Notes: generated from the letters alone by a model not told the origin. A stretch of DNA of 64,000 bases from Octopus sinensis (GCF_006345805.1 NC_043004.1:67518001-67582000), one strand, 5' to 3'; positions 39,410 through 53,545 are shown, counted from the first letter of the stretch. Made by a program: numbers and translations.

Positions 39410-39620
39410 CGGGAAGGTTATGAAAATAAACAAAAGACGAAGGCAGTTGAAAACAAACAAACAATTGTATTAGTGTGGCGCTCAGGAAATATAAATAAAA
39501 CAAGTCTTTAACGTTTCGAGCCTCCGCTCTTCAACAGAAAGATACACAGAGAGAAAAAAAACACAGAAAGAAGGAGAGAAAAAAATGCGTGCAGTAACTA
39601 ACGAATCAACATGGCGATCT
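39410..39620 (-). mobile_element. ~210-bp repeat with minimal HHR-like motif
   Basis: 39540-39507 minus: TTT-CTGTTGA-A-GAGC-GGAG-GCTC-GAAA-CGTT-AAA; homologous to 56180-56385. Confidence 0.78.
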
Positions 39621-40449
39621 CATATATATATATATACATTGCACAGATACACACCTATTATTTATCTATTTTTTACGTATATTTGAATGCGTTTCTGCGT
39701 TTGTATGCATGTTGTGTATGCGTGCATGTGCCTATATGTCTTTGACTACTATATTCACACATTTACGTAATAATATACTATTCAAATTTAGTGTAAACGA
39801 ATTATAATAGACATGAGAAATCTAATTGAGAGGATGTCAAATACAAACGGAGCCAGCACATTAAGTTTACGATGGAGGCATAAAGAGAAACCAAAATGTT
39901 ATTTAGTCTGTTTGGAATTTCAGAAATCCAGCGTATTTAATTTTTATAGACAGAGGTCATTTAGACAAAGGCTAATTGAAAGCGTATGCTAATTCTGCCC
40001 TGGCTTAGTTAAATAGTTCTTCAATGTCATATAAGTTATATTTGCCATGTGCATTTCGGATTTACGCTTTAATTTAAAAAGTCCATCTATCTTTCACACT
40101 TTGTATTTTGTTTATGTCTATATGCTATACATTCTTTCTTCATAAATGAATATGAGAGATACCTTTTTGATGATAGCTACCTCAAATTCGTGTGTGGTGC
40201 GCTGTGTTCTTCAGTAAGAGGTTTCATTTCACGTTGCTCTGCGACCATTTTGGTATTTCTATATATCAAATACCGTGCACTAAACAACAGTGTTGATATG
40301 ATTGAGGGATTTTACACATGCACAACATAAACATTTGACCACCAAAATTATATGTCCCCAATAGGTTGGTCAGTATGATGGTTTGGAACAGTGAACTGTT
40401 GTTCACGTCGGGAGAGTCCATTATGTGTGTATATATATATATATATATC

Positions 40450-40480
<31 letters not shown>

Positions 40481-40563
40481 CATACACACATATATTTATA
40501 TATATATATATATATATAATAAATCTCTGAACGAGGTATAAACAGTAATTGTACGACAATGTA

Positions 40564-41027
40564 AGGTATACTTGCCATCTCCATATGGTTAACCACTAAG
40601 GGTAGGTGTTACTGTAGCTTGTAGCCCCAGGCGAACATCGTCTCTAGTTGGCACACTTTCTGTACCCTTATGGTATTTGCAAAGGGAGGTCATCCTTTCC
40701 TCGTAAACCTAGGTGATACGCACGGACTGCAGTTTCTAGGTTTTGACCTGTCATCAGCGTTCGACAATCACCGGTTTTCAATGAAAGGGGTTCCAATGCA
40801 AATACCTATATGGTTTTTCCAGTAACTTTTCGTCACTAAGGGTTGGTGTTATTGTAGCTTGTAGCGTACGACAATCACCGGTTTTCGATGAAAGGGGTCC
40901 CAATGCAAATACGTAAGGGCACAGAAAGTGTGCCTAATGCCAGCTGGAGACGATGTTCTCCTGGGGCTACAAGCTACAGTAACACCCACACTTAGTGGTT
41001 AGCCATATTGCAATGGCAAGTATACCT
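40564..41027. mobile_element. Fold-back/MITE-like element with ~120-bp inverted termini
   Basis: AGGTATACTTGCCAT...GGTATTTGCA is the reverse complement of TGCAAATACG...ATGGCAAGTATACCT; internal partial direct repeats; solo arm at 42371-42499. Confidence 0.8.
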
Positions 41028-41044
41028 AACTTATATCTATCTAT

Positions 41045-41888
41045 ATAATTTCAACAACATTAAGGAACGGCCCCGATAGGCCATTCGACCCACTAGAAAG
41101 AGCAGCCAAGACTCAAACCGCTAAATAGTAGTAATTCAGAAATTAAAGGAAAATTAAAAAACATTTACCCTATTTATCTTTAGACAATGATATTGTTTCG
41201 ACGTACTTTATGGCAAACCAGCCTAATTAAATTAAATTTAATTTAATCAAGTCAATCTACCAAAGGTAAAGAAGCCAGGAGGAAGGGCCGTTCCTCAATG
41301 TTTTTGAAATTATATACATAGTCTGTGACTATTTTCTCTTTCTCAATAGACCGCTGGTGGCGAAAAAATTTCTATTGAATTTTTTGCTACCCTTATATTG
41401 ATTAATTAATGATTTTCTGACTAATTCTGAAATTAAATCAGCAGTTTATATTTGCTGCTGATAAGTTGGCGCGATTACGGTGGTTTTGAAAATTTAGAGT
41501 ATATATTCCCGAGGCACAAATGCTGCTGCCTCGTGTATATTTATTCCTCCTGGCTTCTTTACCGATGAGACTTTGGTAGATTGACTTGATTAAATTAAAT
41601 TTAATTAATTTAATTAGGCTGGTTTGCCATAAAGTACGTCGAAACAATGCATTGTCTAAAGATAAATAGGGCAAATGTTTTTTAATTTTCCTTTGATTTC
41701 TGAATTACTACTATTTAGCGGTTTGAGTCTTGGCTACTCTTTCTAGTGGGTCGAATGGCCTATTGGGGCCGTTCCTTAATGTTGTTGAAATTATATACAT
41801 AGTCTGTGACTATTTTCTCTTTCTCACTAGACCGCTGGTGGCCAAAAAATGTCTATTGAATTTTTTGCTACCCTTATATTGATTAATT
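41045..41888 (+). mobile_element. Hammerhead-bearing repeat unit (period 481) with inverted 5' segment
   Basis: 41045-41283 is the reverse complement of ~41547-41795; 41285-41408 is repeated at 41766-41888. Confidence 0.82.
41557..41661 (+). ncRNA. Type I hammerhead motif (U4C variant) with long stem II
   Basis: CTTTA-CCGATGA-GAC...GTC-GAAA-CAATGCATTG-TC-TAAAG. Confidence 0.8.
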
Positions 41889-41895
41889 ATCTATA

Positions 41896-41986
<91 letters not shown>

Positions 41987-42318
41987 AAGAGAGAGAAGGC
42001 AATAAGAAACTGGATGGGATCAATAGGTGGTTCACCAACTTTTAGACATTATATTATGTTAACCAATTTATTTGTTTACAAGACTGACAATTACTGGTAA
42101 AAATATGTCTTTACCTTCACCCATTTAGTATAATAGGTAATGTAATTTCAATGCAATAAAAAAACACTTGTGCATTAAGAATTGGGTGTTCTACCAGCAG
42201 TATATGGGATAGATATTATCCCTTAGTGGGATGGATTCACAACCTCTAACTTTCTTGGGGTTATATATATATATTCATATATTTGTGTGCAGTGTAAATA
42301 TGTGTGGGAGTGTTTGTT

Positions 42319-42367
<49 letters not shown>

Positions 42368-42370
42368 CTG

Positions 42371-42499
42371 TTCAAAGATAAAAGTGGTCCCAATGCAAAT
42401 ACGTAAGAGCACAGAAAGTGTGCCTAATGCCAGCTGGAGACGATGTACTCCTGGGGCTACAAGCTACAGCAACACCCACCCTTAGTGGTTAGCCATATT
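42371..42499 (+). mobile_element. Solo arm of the 40564-41027 fold-back family
   Basis: CCAATGCAAATACGTAAGAGCACAGAAAGTGTGCC...CTTAGTGGTTAGCCATATT. Confidence 0.8.
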
Positions 42500-42983
42500 T
42501 GGCTCCACACACTCGCTCTGTCTTCATTGTGCACCATCATTGTCAACGATTTATGTATTACTTTCTTATTCCTATGTATATATTACCGATGGTGACCAAC
42601 TTTCAGAACGGTGCTGTCTAACTGAAGGAAATATGGGTGCCTTTTTTATTAATATTTTATTATTGAATAATTATTGTATCTCCCGTTCACTCATATTAAA
42701 GTACATTCTGTCCTGAAGGGGGTTTAGAGAAGGAGAACGTTCCGCAGTCATTTCATCACTCTAATATCGATCGCCTTATATTCTGCTTTGTCTCCATGAT
42801 TCATAGTGTGAAAAAAAGATACATTCTCAGAGTTTCATCTTATTAACAGCTGGATATCTGATGATACTTAGAAGCGTACGATATAAATACCAGACGATTA
42901 TGCAGCCCTCCTAATGACATACTAAACGGCTATTGAATAGGTACTTTAAGACACGAAACACCAGGCACGATAAGCATGCAACT

Positions 42984-43017
<34 letters not shown>

Positions 43018-43081
43018 TATATATATTGTGTATATATTAAACTTATATATACATATGTTTCCTACCTACACACATACATGC

Positions 43082-43131
<50 letters not shown>

Positions 43132-43182
43132 CCACGCGCACATAAATATACATATATATATGTACATACATACGTACATATA

Positions 43183-43253
<71 letters not shown>

Positions 43254-45022
43254 TGTGAGTGTGTATGGTATATGTAAATGCATATGTTTCCATTTACAAA
43301 GATACGAATGCCCGTTCATGTATACGAGCGCGTTAACGAGTTTATTAGACAAAGAGAAACAGTTGTATCTAAAGATGTATCTTAGGACGCATCAAATGAA
43401 GAACTGTGTGAAAACGCCAACGCTCACGCAGAGGATACCCTATACATAACTACTTCCGAGATAACATTCACACACATAGAATATTGTGAAATCATTTGTT
43501 AAATTACAAAATACAAATTAAACGCTAGGTTATTCTTACAGATTGAGGTATTCAATATTACTGTTCCTCAATTAGGGAATGATTGCTGTTATAGTTTATT
43601 CTTGATTTCTGTGGCTATAGTTTCCGTCGTCTTTGCCTTCGCTCGTTATTTATTAGACGATGCTGCTCAAAATTATAATGTAATCACAATGAATCTCTTA
43701 TGATAAATCTATGATGAATAAATATAAAGTATATATGACTTATGTTTTACTGTGAAAGCACATCAATGAGATTAATTTCGACAGTTCATGATGAGAATTT
43801 ATTCATATTTTCGTTACAAAACTCCGAGTTAAAATATCGAAAAACAAAATTTTTAATGAATTTTAATGTTTACCAAAAATGTTATCAGCACACCATATCT
43901 GCTCCGTTTATCAGAGTCTACAAGCGAACAATAATTCGCCAAGACCAGGGCTTATTTAGGTTTGTAGTAAGTAAATATATGAAACCATCTCCGTATGTAG
44001 GCAATCGAGCCGTTAAATCAAGCCCCGAGTGAGTTTCTTTGATGCGGTGAGGATAGAACTAGTAAGTTTCTATATTTCGGCTCTTCCTATCACGCAGCCA
44101 TCACACTAAAGCACACCTCAAAACTGGATTTCCGGTCATCCTGCTGAGGAACCTGGAGTCACCACGTGTGCGTAACGGAATGCGTTTAGTGGTAAAACAT
44201 GTCCTGCCTCATGTTATTGAAGTAACAATTCTTAGGGGTTGCGGCATCAGAGACAACGTCTTTATACCCAGGATACCTCTTACTCCATCAGATAAACAAT
44301 GCCCCTCTCCCTTGCGTCAACTTCAGTTCCCTCTTTGATTTTGCTTTACCATGTCCATCAACAAGTCCCAAGGCCACACACTAACAACAACAGGCCTCAA
44401 TTAGGCCAACCATACTTCTCGTACGGCCAATTATACGTCGGGTGCTCAAAAGTCGGATGCAAAAAATTCGTTTTCGTGTTCGCCACGAAAGCCAAAACAG
44501 AAAATGTCGTCTACCGTGAGGTGTTGTAGGCCGTCCGACATTCTGCAGGTTCCCTGCCGAAAAGGTTTATGGTGTACTATTGTTGCCATTCTTTCAAAAT
44601 GACCTGATTTTCTTAACTTTTTTTAATATTTTGTCCGGTAGAGCTTCTCAATCTCCTAGCAGATGGCTTCAGTTTTGACATCATTGCATCTACTGATTAT
44701 CATATGAGCGAAAAAGGACGTTTATACATGCGAATGGTTACCAATTCTTTTCAGGGCTATTGTGATAGCGATAACACAACCCTTTTCAGGGCTACTTTAC
44801 ATTCAATTGTTGCACCTCATCAGATGCACATGTGGCTTCTCCACACCGTGTTGTTACTACTTTATTTATGGTCTATGGGAAAAAAATCACTTCTTCTTCA
44901 ATGTCAATGTTTGCAACTTAATGCAAAAAATATTCAGAGATGTACAACAAAATAAATGGTAGAATCTAATAAGGCCATTTCCGAGTATTTAATACCCGAG
45001 CAAAGTCGAGTACTCCTACTAG

Positions 45023-45069
<47 letters not shown>

Positions 45070-45818
45070 AATAGTGTGTGTGTGTGTGTGGTGTGTGTGT
45101 GTGTGTGCGCGTGTATGTGTGTCTGTGTGTGTGTGTTCCCATGCATATACATACACATACATGCGCACACACAAATATATATCTGTATATATATATATGT
45201 GTGTGTGTATGCATGTATGTATGTACGTGTGTGTATGCATGTATGTATGTATGTGTGTGTGTGTGTATGTATCTATATGAAGCTGATTGTTTTACAGTAA
45301 CATGTCGAATATAACGACTTCAAACACTGACTGAATGTCTGGCTATGCAATCATTTGGCATTTTTGAAAGAGCAATATCTGGTAACATTTGACTGTTCTA
45401 ATGCCCAGCTGAGCTAAATATATCTTTTGTTGTACGTACAATATTTGTACCAATTCCCATTGTAAATAGAAACCAGGGGTTTATCATATTTACTAGCTTT
45501 CCTTTGATTCTAGTAAGTATTTCACGCATTTATTAATATATTGGTTCTTGTACAGTCTAATCTATAGGTATCTTTCTTCCTTATCTGCATCTTTTTTACG
45601 TTTATGTCTGCATCTTGCTGTGTACTGGTGCAAAATAATAATAATAATAATAAAACAACAATAATAATAATAATAATAATAACAATAATATAAATAATAA
45701 CAACAATAATAATATATATATATATAATCCAGCCACTTCGTACGCATATATTCCCACATATAGGCGTGTGTGTTTTTCTGTGTTGCGTGCCTTAGAAGCC
45801 ATTTACATAAATATGAGG

Positions 45819-45850
<32 letters not shown>

Positions 45851-45912
45851 TATATGGGGTGTGTGTGTGTGTGTGTGTCAATGTATATATATACATATAC
45901 ATACATACACAC

Positions 45913-45955
<43 letters not shown>

Positions 45956-47642
45956 CATAAATACATACATACACACACACACACACGTATATATATATAA
46001 ATGCTAATGTATATGTGTGCGTTATTATGCGTCGTATAGAATGTATATTTGTAAATTCTAATTATACATACATCATTGAATGAGAAATTCTTAAATATAT
46101 ATATAATTAAACGATCAGAAATTGGCTAGTATACTAAACGGCTTCTATAAAATTACGTTTTGAGAGAACATGACGAAAAATCTCACTTGGATGGGGTGAG
46201 GCATTATGTGTGGTAAAAGAAGATGATTCCTCTATTAATTCTCTCTAAAAAACATGTGATAACATTAATCATGCAGCTGTATCTTTAATTTCAGTATATA
46301 TCTGCGGTGGTAATGTGGTGGAAATTACGTCTCGTAGATCAGAATTTATTTAATTGATTAGCGAAATATCTAGTTATAGTATATCTAGCATCGCACGTGG
46401 AACAGTAGTATAACGGTTACATCTTTCCTTGAGGTGTTGTAGATGATGATGAGGAGGAGGAGGAGGAGAGGGGGAGGATGAGGAGGAGAAGGATGACTAC
46501 GACGACGATGACGACGACAACGATGGTGATGATGATGATGATGATCTGTAAACAATGATACAGGATAAACATAATGGAGTATACCAAATATGTTCTCTTT
46601 GACTGGCCATTGCTTCTCATATATGAATAATGTCGTTTATAAAAGTCGATGAAATATACATAAGGTCTTCTAATGAGATACTAATTAATGAGACGCTAAT
46701 TAACACATATTGTTTCTACATTATTGAGCGCAAATCCACTACTTCATTGGCAAATTACATCCAGCATCCCAAAGCATATAATATTTCCTACAATCTCATC
46801 AGAATTGAAAGGCTATACCAAGGCCTCTGTACAGCAGGCTGTGGCGATAGTACATGAGTATAAACAACATCGTTGCATACAGGGTGATTCAATAACGTTC
46901 TGCCTCTATATACTCTAATCGACCTAGCTAGCTGTATGTTTGTATTTTGATTTGGGATTCTTCCTTATGTATTTATCTATTTCATATTTCATGCGCACAT
47001 TTATTTGCTTGACCGAGATCTTTCAAAGGGCATTTTAAATCTTCCATTACATGTTTTCAAACAGGTAATTGATTTTTATTATTTTTGTTTCACAATCCTT
47101 AATTATATAACTACCTTGCTTTTTTATATCTTAACTGTTTTATATTGGTGACTTTCTTATCTACACATTTACACACTTATACTATATCACATTGCCAAAG
47201 AATGCTATTGCCTCTTCTACGCAACAAGATGTTATTTTCTCCGTCATTCACTCTTTATAAAGTTGTGTCCCTTTGATCCCTCTTCACTACATAAATCACG
47301 AACAGTCATTTATAGTGTAGATACTCAAACCGACAGAACGGCCTTTCCAATTGTCTTCCATTTTTATTTATTTTCTAATCTGTTTTTCCTTTCTTCTTTT
47401 TCTTGCCATATTTCTCACCTTTGACCAACACTCTTATGATCTTCACCTCACATGGCTCACCTCAACTCATCGTATTATTATATCCATTAGTATACACTCT
47501 CATCTTGCCTGTCTTTTTTTATTCGTGCTGCTTACACCATTTGCAAATGTCAGCTGTATTTCTGACGAAATGGTAAGCGTTTTCATTTGAAACAATCATG
47601 CATCATACTTCTTGTGAGTTGGTAATATTTTCAGTATAATTC

Positions 47643-47745
47643 AGGCGGTGAGTTGGCAAAATCTTTAGCATGCCGAGCAAAATATTTAGCGGCATCTTGC
47701 CCGTTTTTACATTCTAAGTTCAAATTCGACCGAGATTGACTTCCC
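47643..47745 (+). mobile_element. SINE family D, 5' half
   Basis: AGGCGGTGAGTTGGCAAAATCTTTAGCATGCCGAGCAAAAT...TTCAAATTCGACCGAGATTGAC. Confidence 0.75.
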
Positions 47746-47811
47746 TTCTCCAACAAATCCCGCACATATACAAACATAGAGACACAAAAACACATGAACA
47801 CACACACACAC

Positions 47812-47880
<69 letters not shown>

Positions 47881-48847
47881 CATACATGCAAAAAATACGG
47901 AAATACATCCTACTTTGGTGAGTAAAAATAAAAAGTATAATTTTCATATCTATTAATGTGCTTTAGATCTATTAATTCAAGGAATATTTAACGTTAACAA
48001 AAATCAATGAATACATCAAGAAGATAGCTGCGAAACGGACGTTAACCTAATAATATCTAGTGTTTAAAGAAACACATTGAGCTCTCATACCTCCTGATTT
48101 TGTGATATATCTAATCATCAAGAAATAATTTCATCGACCGATTCTGAATTTCAGCCGCATGCGCATGCCACATTAGTCTTCTCCGCATTGGAATGCTACG
48201 CACACACGTGACTGAGACGGCAAAAGGAGATTTCTATGGTAGTCACGCAATTCTCTGAATCAATATCACATATTACAAATACGCGCGTGTATGTGTTGTG
48301 AGTGTGCGTGTGTGAGTGTGCGTGTGTGAGTGTGCGTGTGTGAGTATGTATGCGTGCGTGTGTGTGTGTGTGTGTGTGTGAGTTATATTTCAATCATATT
48401 CTGCTCATTAGTACGAAATTTATTTTAGTTTTCGCTTTATTTATTTCATCATTGCTTAACAAGCATCATTTAACAAACATTATTTTTATAATATACATGA
48501 GCGTTACTCTGATATATTTCAAATTACTGCATGTGAAGGGTTTTCCTTGCACATATTTTCATTTGCTCCAAGACACATCACGAGCACCTCCCAACATTGC
48601 ATACGTATCCTAATTTTGAGCAACGCGTGCCAACACTGACACGAACGTGTATCGAAATAATATCAAGAATGATGAGGACCATGACACTCATGCCGAGAAG
48701 GCGGTGGAGTCGCTTTTATCTGCACTTTCTGCTAAATGTGTTAAAATACATATTACGTAGGAAAAAAGTTTATCATTAAATGTATATTTACATGTATGTG
48801 TGTGTGCATGTATATATATATATATGTGTGTGTGTGTGGTATGCATT

Positions 48848-48926
<79 letters not shown>

Positions 48927-50110
48927 TAGAAATGGTTTTGTTCATTGTATTTGTTTTGTTATAATGAATAAGGAAAGATGAAGAGTTGAATTCTAAAGCC
49001 GTCAGTCATATTGGAAATCCTTCCAATTCCTACAGAATACCAGAAATACTAAAATAAATATATAAATATCTAAATAAATCGATAAATGAACAATAATGCA
49101 CAAAGAAATATAAATATAAATATAGAAATGCGTATTCCACAAAATACATCTTGTTCGAACTCGAATCCGGGTCTCAGTGAATTTGCTCAACGGGAAAGAA
49201 GAACTTTACTAATATTTACGAAGCGTTTCTACGATATTTTTCATTGCTTCAAGTTCTTCGTATTTTTTTTTATATTTTATTGATATCTATTTATATTTTT
49301 TTCTTTATTTATATATATTTTTTTTTTGAGCCTTCTAATACTCTGTTTGTCATATCACTTCTTTCCTTTTTTATTTTTTTACAGATTTTAACCATCTTTT
49401 ATTTTTTTTACCTTCTTCTCACAACCAACCACTGCCGGTTGTAAAACTATAAAGAAACTGTCATGAACTAGTCTGTTTCCTCTTGTCCTCATCTTTCTTT
49501 TTCTCTCTCCTCCTCCATCTCTCCCTACCCCGCCTCCACTTTCAATCATCTACATGGTTTATTGAACGTCTTTGACAAGTTATTATAAGGATTCGGAAAC
49601 ACTCCATCAGACCCGTATTAACGATCATGTCATCAACCCAATATTGCGTTTACCGAGCCCACTAAATTTACACTATCATCCAAAAATCTCTATCCGTTTG
49701 TCCTTTCATTTAAACATTCTTTCTCCAACAAATCCCGCACACGTACATATGCAATCATATACACACAGCACCCCCAACCAGACACGCAGGCAAATATACA
49801 TATACGCTCACACAAATACATTATTTCCCACACATAAACACACACGTAAATAGACATTCCCACTTTACACAGATTTAGACACATATAAACGCTTACCAAG
49901 TAGCTCACAGAATGATATACAGAACAAAATATACCATTCTAAACCACGACCAACCACTACTGCATCCAAACACATATAATAACATTAATACTTTATGATA
50001 TAGACCGGTTTATTTGGTTCACATTCAAATTTATGCAAATTTCGTATTGATTTGCTCTGTACATAGATTGTGATACACATTACCTCTAGATATCCTTGTT
50101 GCTTATTTTG

Positions 50111-50149
<39 letters not shown>

Positions 50150-50286
50150 ATATATATATACATGACTGACAAAGAAAGAGCACATTGTCGAAAGCTCATA
50201 CGCCGCAACCGACCTGACAGTCTATCATGTATTTATATATGTAGGGTGTGTAAACGCATATACATACAAACATACCTATCTATATA

Positions 50287-50317
<31 letters not shown>

Positions 50318-50409
50318 ACGTATGTTTGTATGTATATGTATATATATTACATATATAATACACACCACACATATATATATATTATATATATATAATATAT
50401 ATATTTATA

Positions 50410-52350
50410 TATAAACTTAGATAAACTTAGATATGTTCGACCAAAGATTGTTCCAGGCCATGTCTAACTTCATAGCACCACCTGATAGGATTACCTAAAT
50501 CCTGTTTAAGTCAAGTTTTGTTTATGGTCCATTCAAGTAGTGAGTGTTGTGTGAGTTGTATCCAATTATGGGTGGCTTATCTGGTATTCCTTGAAGGAAT
50601 CTATTCAGACTCCGTTTAAAGTTGATGGGATCATTTTCCTCTTTGATCTCTTTCGGGACAATGTTAAATAGGGCAGGGCCTGTTGAGGAAAACAAATTAT
50701 ATTGCAGTGTACATGTATGCTGTGATCTTGAATTGGGCAGGGGACGTATGGCCCGTGATCCCAGTCTTGGATGAACCTTGAAGCTAATGTTTAGGTCGTT
50801 TGGGCAAAGTTGGCGGTATATTCTCCACATCGTGCAAATGATGTACCACTCACGGCGGTGCTGGAGAGAGTAGAATTTCAAGGCTTTAAGGCGATCCCAA
50901 TAATCGAGAGCAGCCATGCCTTCAATTCGTTTAGTGAGTGCTCTCTTGGGTGATTCAATCCTCGAGATGTTTTGTCTTGTATGGGGAGACCACAGTGGGC
51001 AGCAGTATTCGAAGTGTGACCGTACAAAGGAGGAGATAAGTGGTATGATGACACCTTGTTCTCTGGACCGGAAGGTACTTAAGATCCAGGAACTCATCCT
51101 ACGGGTTATATCGACCTGATTGTTGATGTGGGCACTCCCACTGAGATTGTCATCAACAATTACACCCAGGTCTCTGATATTGTTAGAGGCTGTGAGCGGT
51201 TCCCCTGAAGGAAGAGAGTATGGCTGTTTTAGTGTGGACTTTCTTCCAAAATGCATCAGCTCAAATTTTCCCTCGGTCAGTTGCATTTTGTTTCTGTCTG
51301 CCCATTGACTCACAGCATATAGATCAGACTGGAGTTGAGTTCGGTCTGCTTCTTCATTGATGATTTGCTGGAGCTTAGTGTCATCAGCAAATATTTTCAC
51401 TTTGCAGTAATGTACGACACTGGAAAGCTCGTTTATATAAATTATAAAGAGGAGAGGGCCCAAGACAGTCCCCTGCGGGACACCGCTGGTGACTTTTTCT
51501 GGGCTTGAATGGATTCCATCGACTACAACATGTTGTGTCCTATTTGCCAGGAAATACTTAATCCAGTGTAGAAGTATTCCACGGATTCCAACATTTGCCA
51601 ATTTTGAGAGTAGGATATAATGGTCAACCCTGTCGAATGCTTTACTGAAATCAAGATATATGACATCAGAGTTCGAACCTATTCTCAAGGCTTTAAGTAT
51701 ATCTTCAATGTGGTGTAAGAGCTGTGTTAGACAGTCCCTGCCACAGCGAAAGCCATGCTGATTTGCATTTAGGAGTTTGTGGGTCTCCAGGAAGTCAGCT
51801 ATCCTTGATCTTAACTCTCTTTCAAACACTTTAATGATGTGCGAGGTGAGTGAGATTGGGCGATAGTTGACTGCAAGGGATCTGTTTCCCTGTTTGAAAA
51901 CCGGGATGACAGACTGTGATAGAAGCTGTTTCGGTATATAACCTGAGTCTAATGAATTTCTTCAGAGGTTGGTCAGAGGGACTGCAAGTTGGTGTCTACA
52001 TTCCTTCAGGAGGCTAGCGGGGAATCTATCAGGGCCTACAGCAGAATAGTATTTGACCTCATATATTGCTGCAATGATGTCAGAGTCAGTGAAGTTTATG
52101 TCCGAGATTTTATGTTGGGCATCAACTTCGTTCGCTTCTCTTACGCCAATATCAGTGGGAACACGAAAGACAGAGCAGTATTGTTTCTGCAGTATTTCTG
52201 CCATTTCTTTAGAATCGTGTTGGGGAATGCCGTTATCATTAATCAATGGCCCAGTGGGTGAGACAGTGGTTCTATGCTTATTTGCATAAGAACAGAACGC
52301 TTCTGGGTTCTGTTTGATGTTTTTGATTACCCACTGTTCCTCCGCAGCTC
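50410..52350 (-). pseudogene. CR1-type LINE, 5'-truncated, RT-containing 3' 1.9 kb
   Basis: ORF 50522-51829 with QHGFR, YLDFSKAFDRVDH, VPQGTVLGPLLF, FADDTK; upstream IKQNPEAF..GPL frame; 3' tail (ATCTAAGTTT)2. Confidence 0.92.
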
Positions 52351-52556
52351 TTTGATTTTCATATATATATATATACCTATATATAAATACATGTATATAT
52401 ATACATATATAGATATATACATATATAGATATATATCATATATATATATATTATATATATACATATATATGTAAATACATATATAGAGATATAACATAAT
52501 ATATAAATATATACTACAATATATAACTATATATATATATAACATATATATATATA

Positions 52557-52619
<63 letters not shown>

Positions 52620-52855
52620 TATACTACTAATATAGGATGAAAGTTTTGATGAAATGTGGCAGCAGTTAAAATACCTTTACGGTTAAAATTATAAACATCT
52701 TATAAGTAAGGGCTAAAGAAAATTATTTCAAAGCCAATATGCTGATAACAGACTATTAAATCGTCAATTTCCACATATAATCTACTCGCTACAACAAAAA
52801 TCGAAGAACTGAAGTCGGGCAAGTTGGCCGTTTGAATTTTTAAAATTCGTTATCT

Positions 52856-52911
52856 CTATATTTAATCAATTTCGGAATTAATCTCATAAAAGACTTATTC
52901 CTCTTCAGTAG
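52856..52911 (-). ncRNA. Type I hammerhead motif
   Basis: CTA-CTGAAGA-GGAAT...ATTCC-GAAA-TTGATTAAA-TA-TAG; core intact, one stem III mismatch. Confidence 0.75.
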
Positions 52912-52991
52912 CGCTTACGAGAGAATATAAAAAAGATACTTACATGCGCCCATGGAAAAAGCCGAAGCAAAAAACATGAGTACATTTACGG

Positions 52992-53047
52992 TACATGAAG
53001 AGGAATAAGTCTTTTATGAGATTAATTCCGAAATTGATTCAATATAG
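52992..53047 (+). ncRNA. Type I hammerhead motif, core-damaged sister copy
   Basis: (C)ATGAAGA-GGAAT...ATTCC-GAAA-TTGATTCAA-TA-TAG; stem III fully paired. Confidence 0.65.
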
Positions 53048-53208
53048 AGATAACGAATTTTAAAAATTCTCACGGCCAACGGCTTCAGTTCTTCGATTTT
53101 TGCTGTAGCGAGTAGATTATATGTGAAATTGACGATTTAATAGTCTGCATATTGGCTTTGAAATAATTTTCTTTAGCCCTTACTTATAAGATGGTTATAT
53201 ATATATAT

Positions 53209-53543
53209 GAAGGCGCATGGCTCAGTGGTTAGAGCATCGAGCTTACGATCGTGCGGTTGTGAGCTCGAATCCCGGACCGGGCTGCGTGTTGTGTTCTTGA
53301 GCAAGACACTTTATTTCACGTTGCTCCAGTTCACTCAGCTGTAGAAATGAGTTGCAACGTCACATGTGCCAATTGTATGGGCCCTTGCCTTTCCCTTGGA
53401 TAACACTGGTGGCGTGGAGAGGGGAGGTCGGTATGCATGGGCGACAGCTGGTCTTCCATAAACAATCTTGCCCAGACTTGTGCCTGGGAGGGTAGCTTTC
53501 TAGGCGCAATCCCATGGTCTGTGTTGTGACCGAAGGGGGTCTC
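53209..53543 (+). mobile_element. tRNA-derived SINE, family C
   Basis: GAAGGCGCATGGCTCAGTGGTTAGAGC...CTCGAATCCCGG head; central TTGAGCAAGACACTTTATTTCACGTTGCTCCAGTTCACTCAGCTG domain; second copy at 61337. Confidence 0.88.
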
Positions 53544-53545
53544 AG

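Larger units (their letters stand above)
52691..53199. repeat. Inverted repeat (52691-52911 / 52992-53199) with a hammerhead motif at the inner end of each arm
   Basis: The arms are near-exact reverse complements. Confidence 0.88.

Noticed and set aside
47555-47610. CTGACGA-AATG/CATT-T-GAAAC candidate
   Set aside because: Stem III lacks U16.1 and stem I is broken; at most a very old remnant and not supportable.
48620-48750. Possible host exon (open frame after TTTGAG)
   Set aside because: No recognisable protein similarity or clear donor site; needs RNA-seq.
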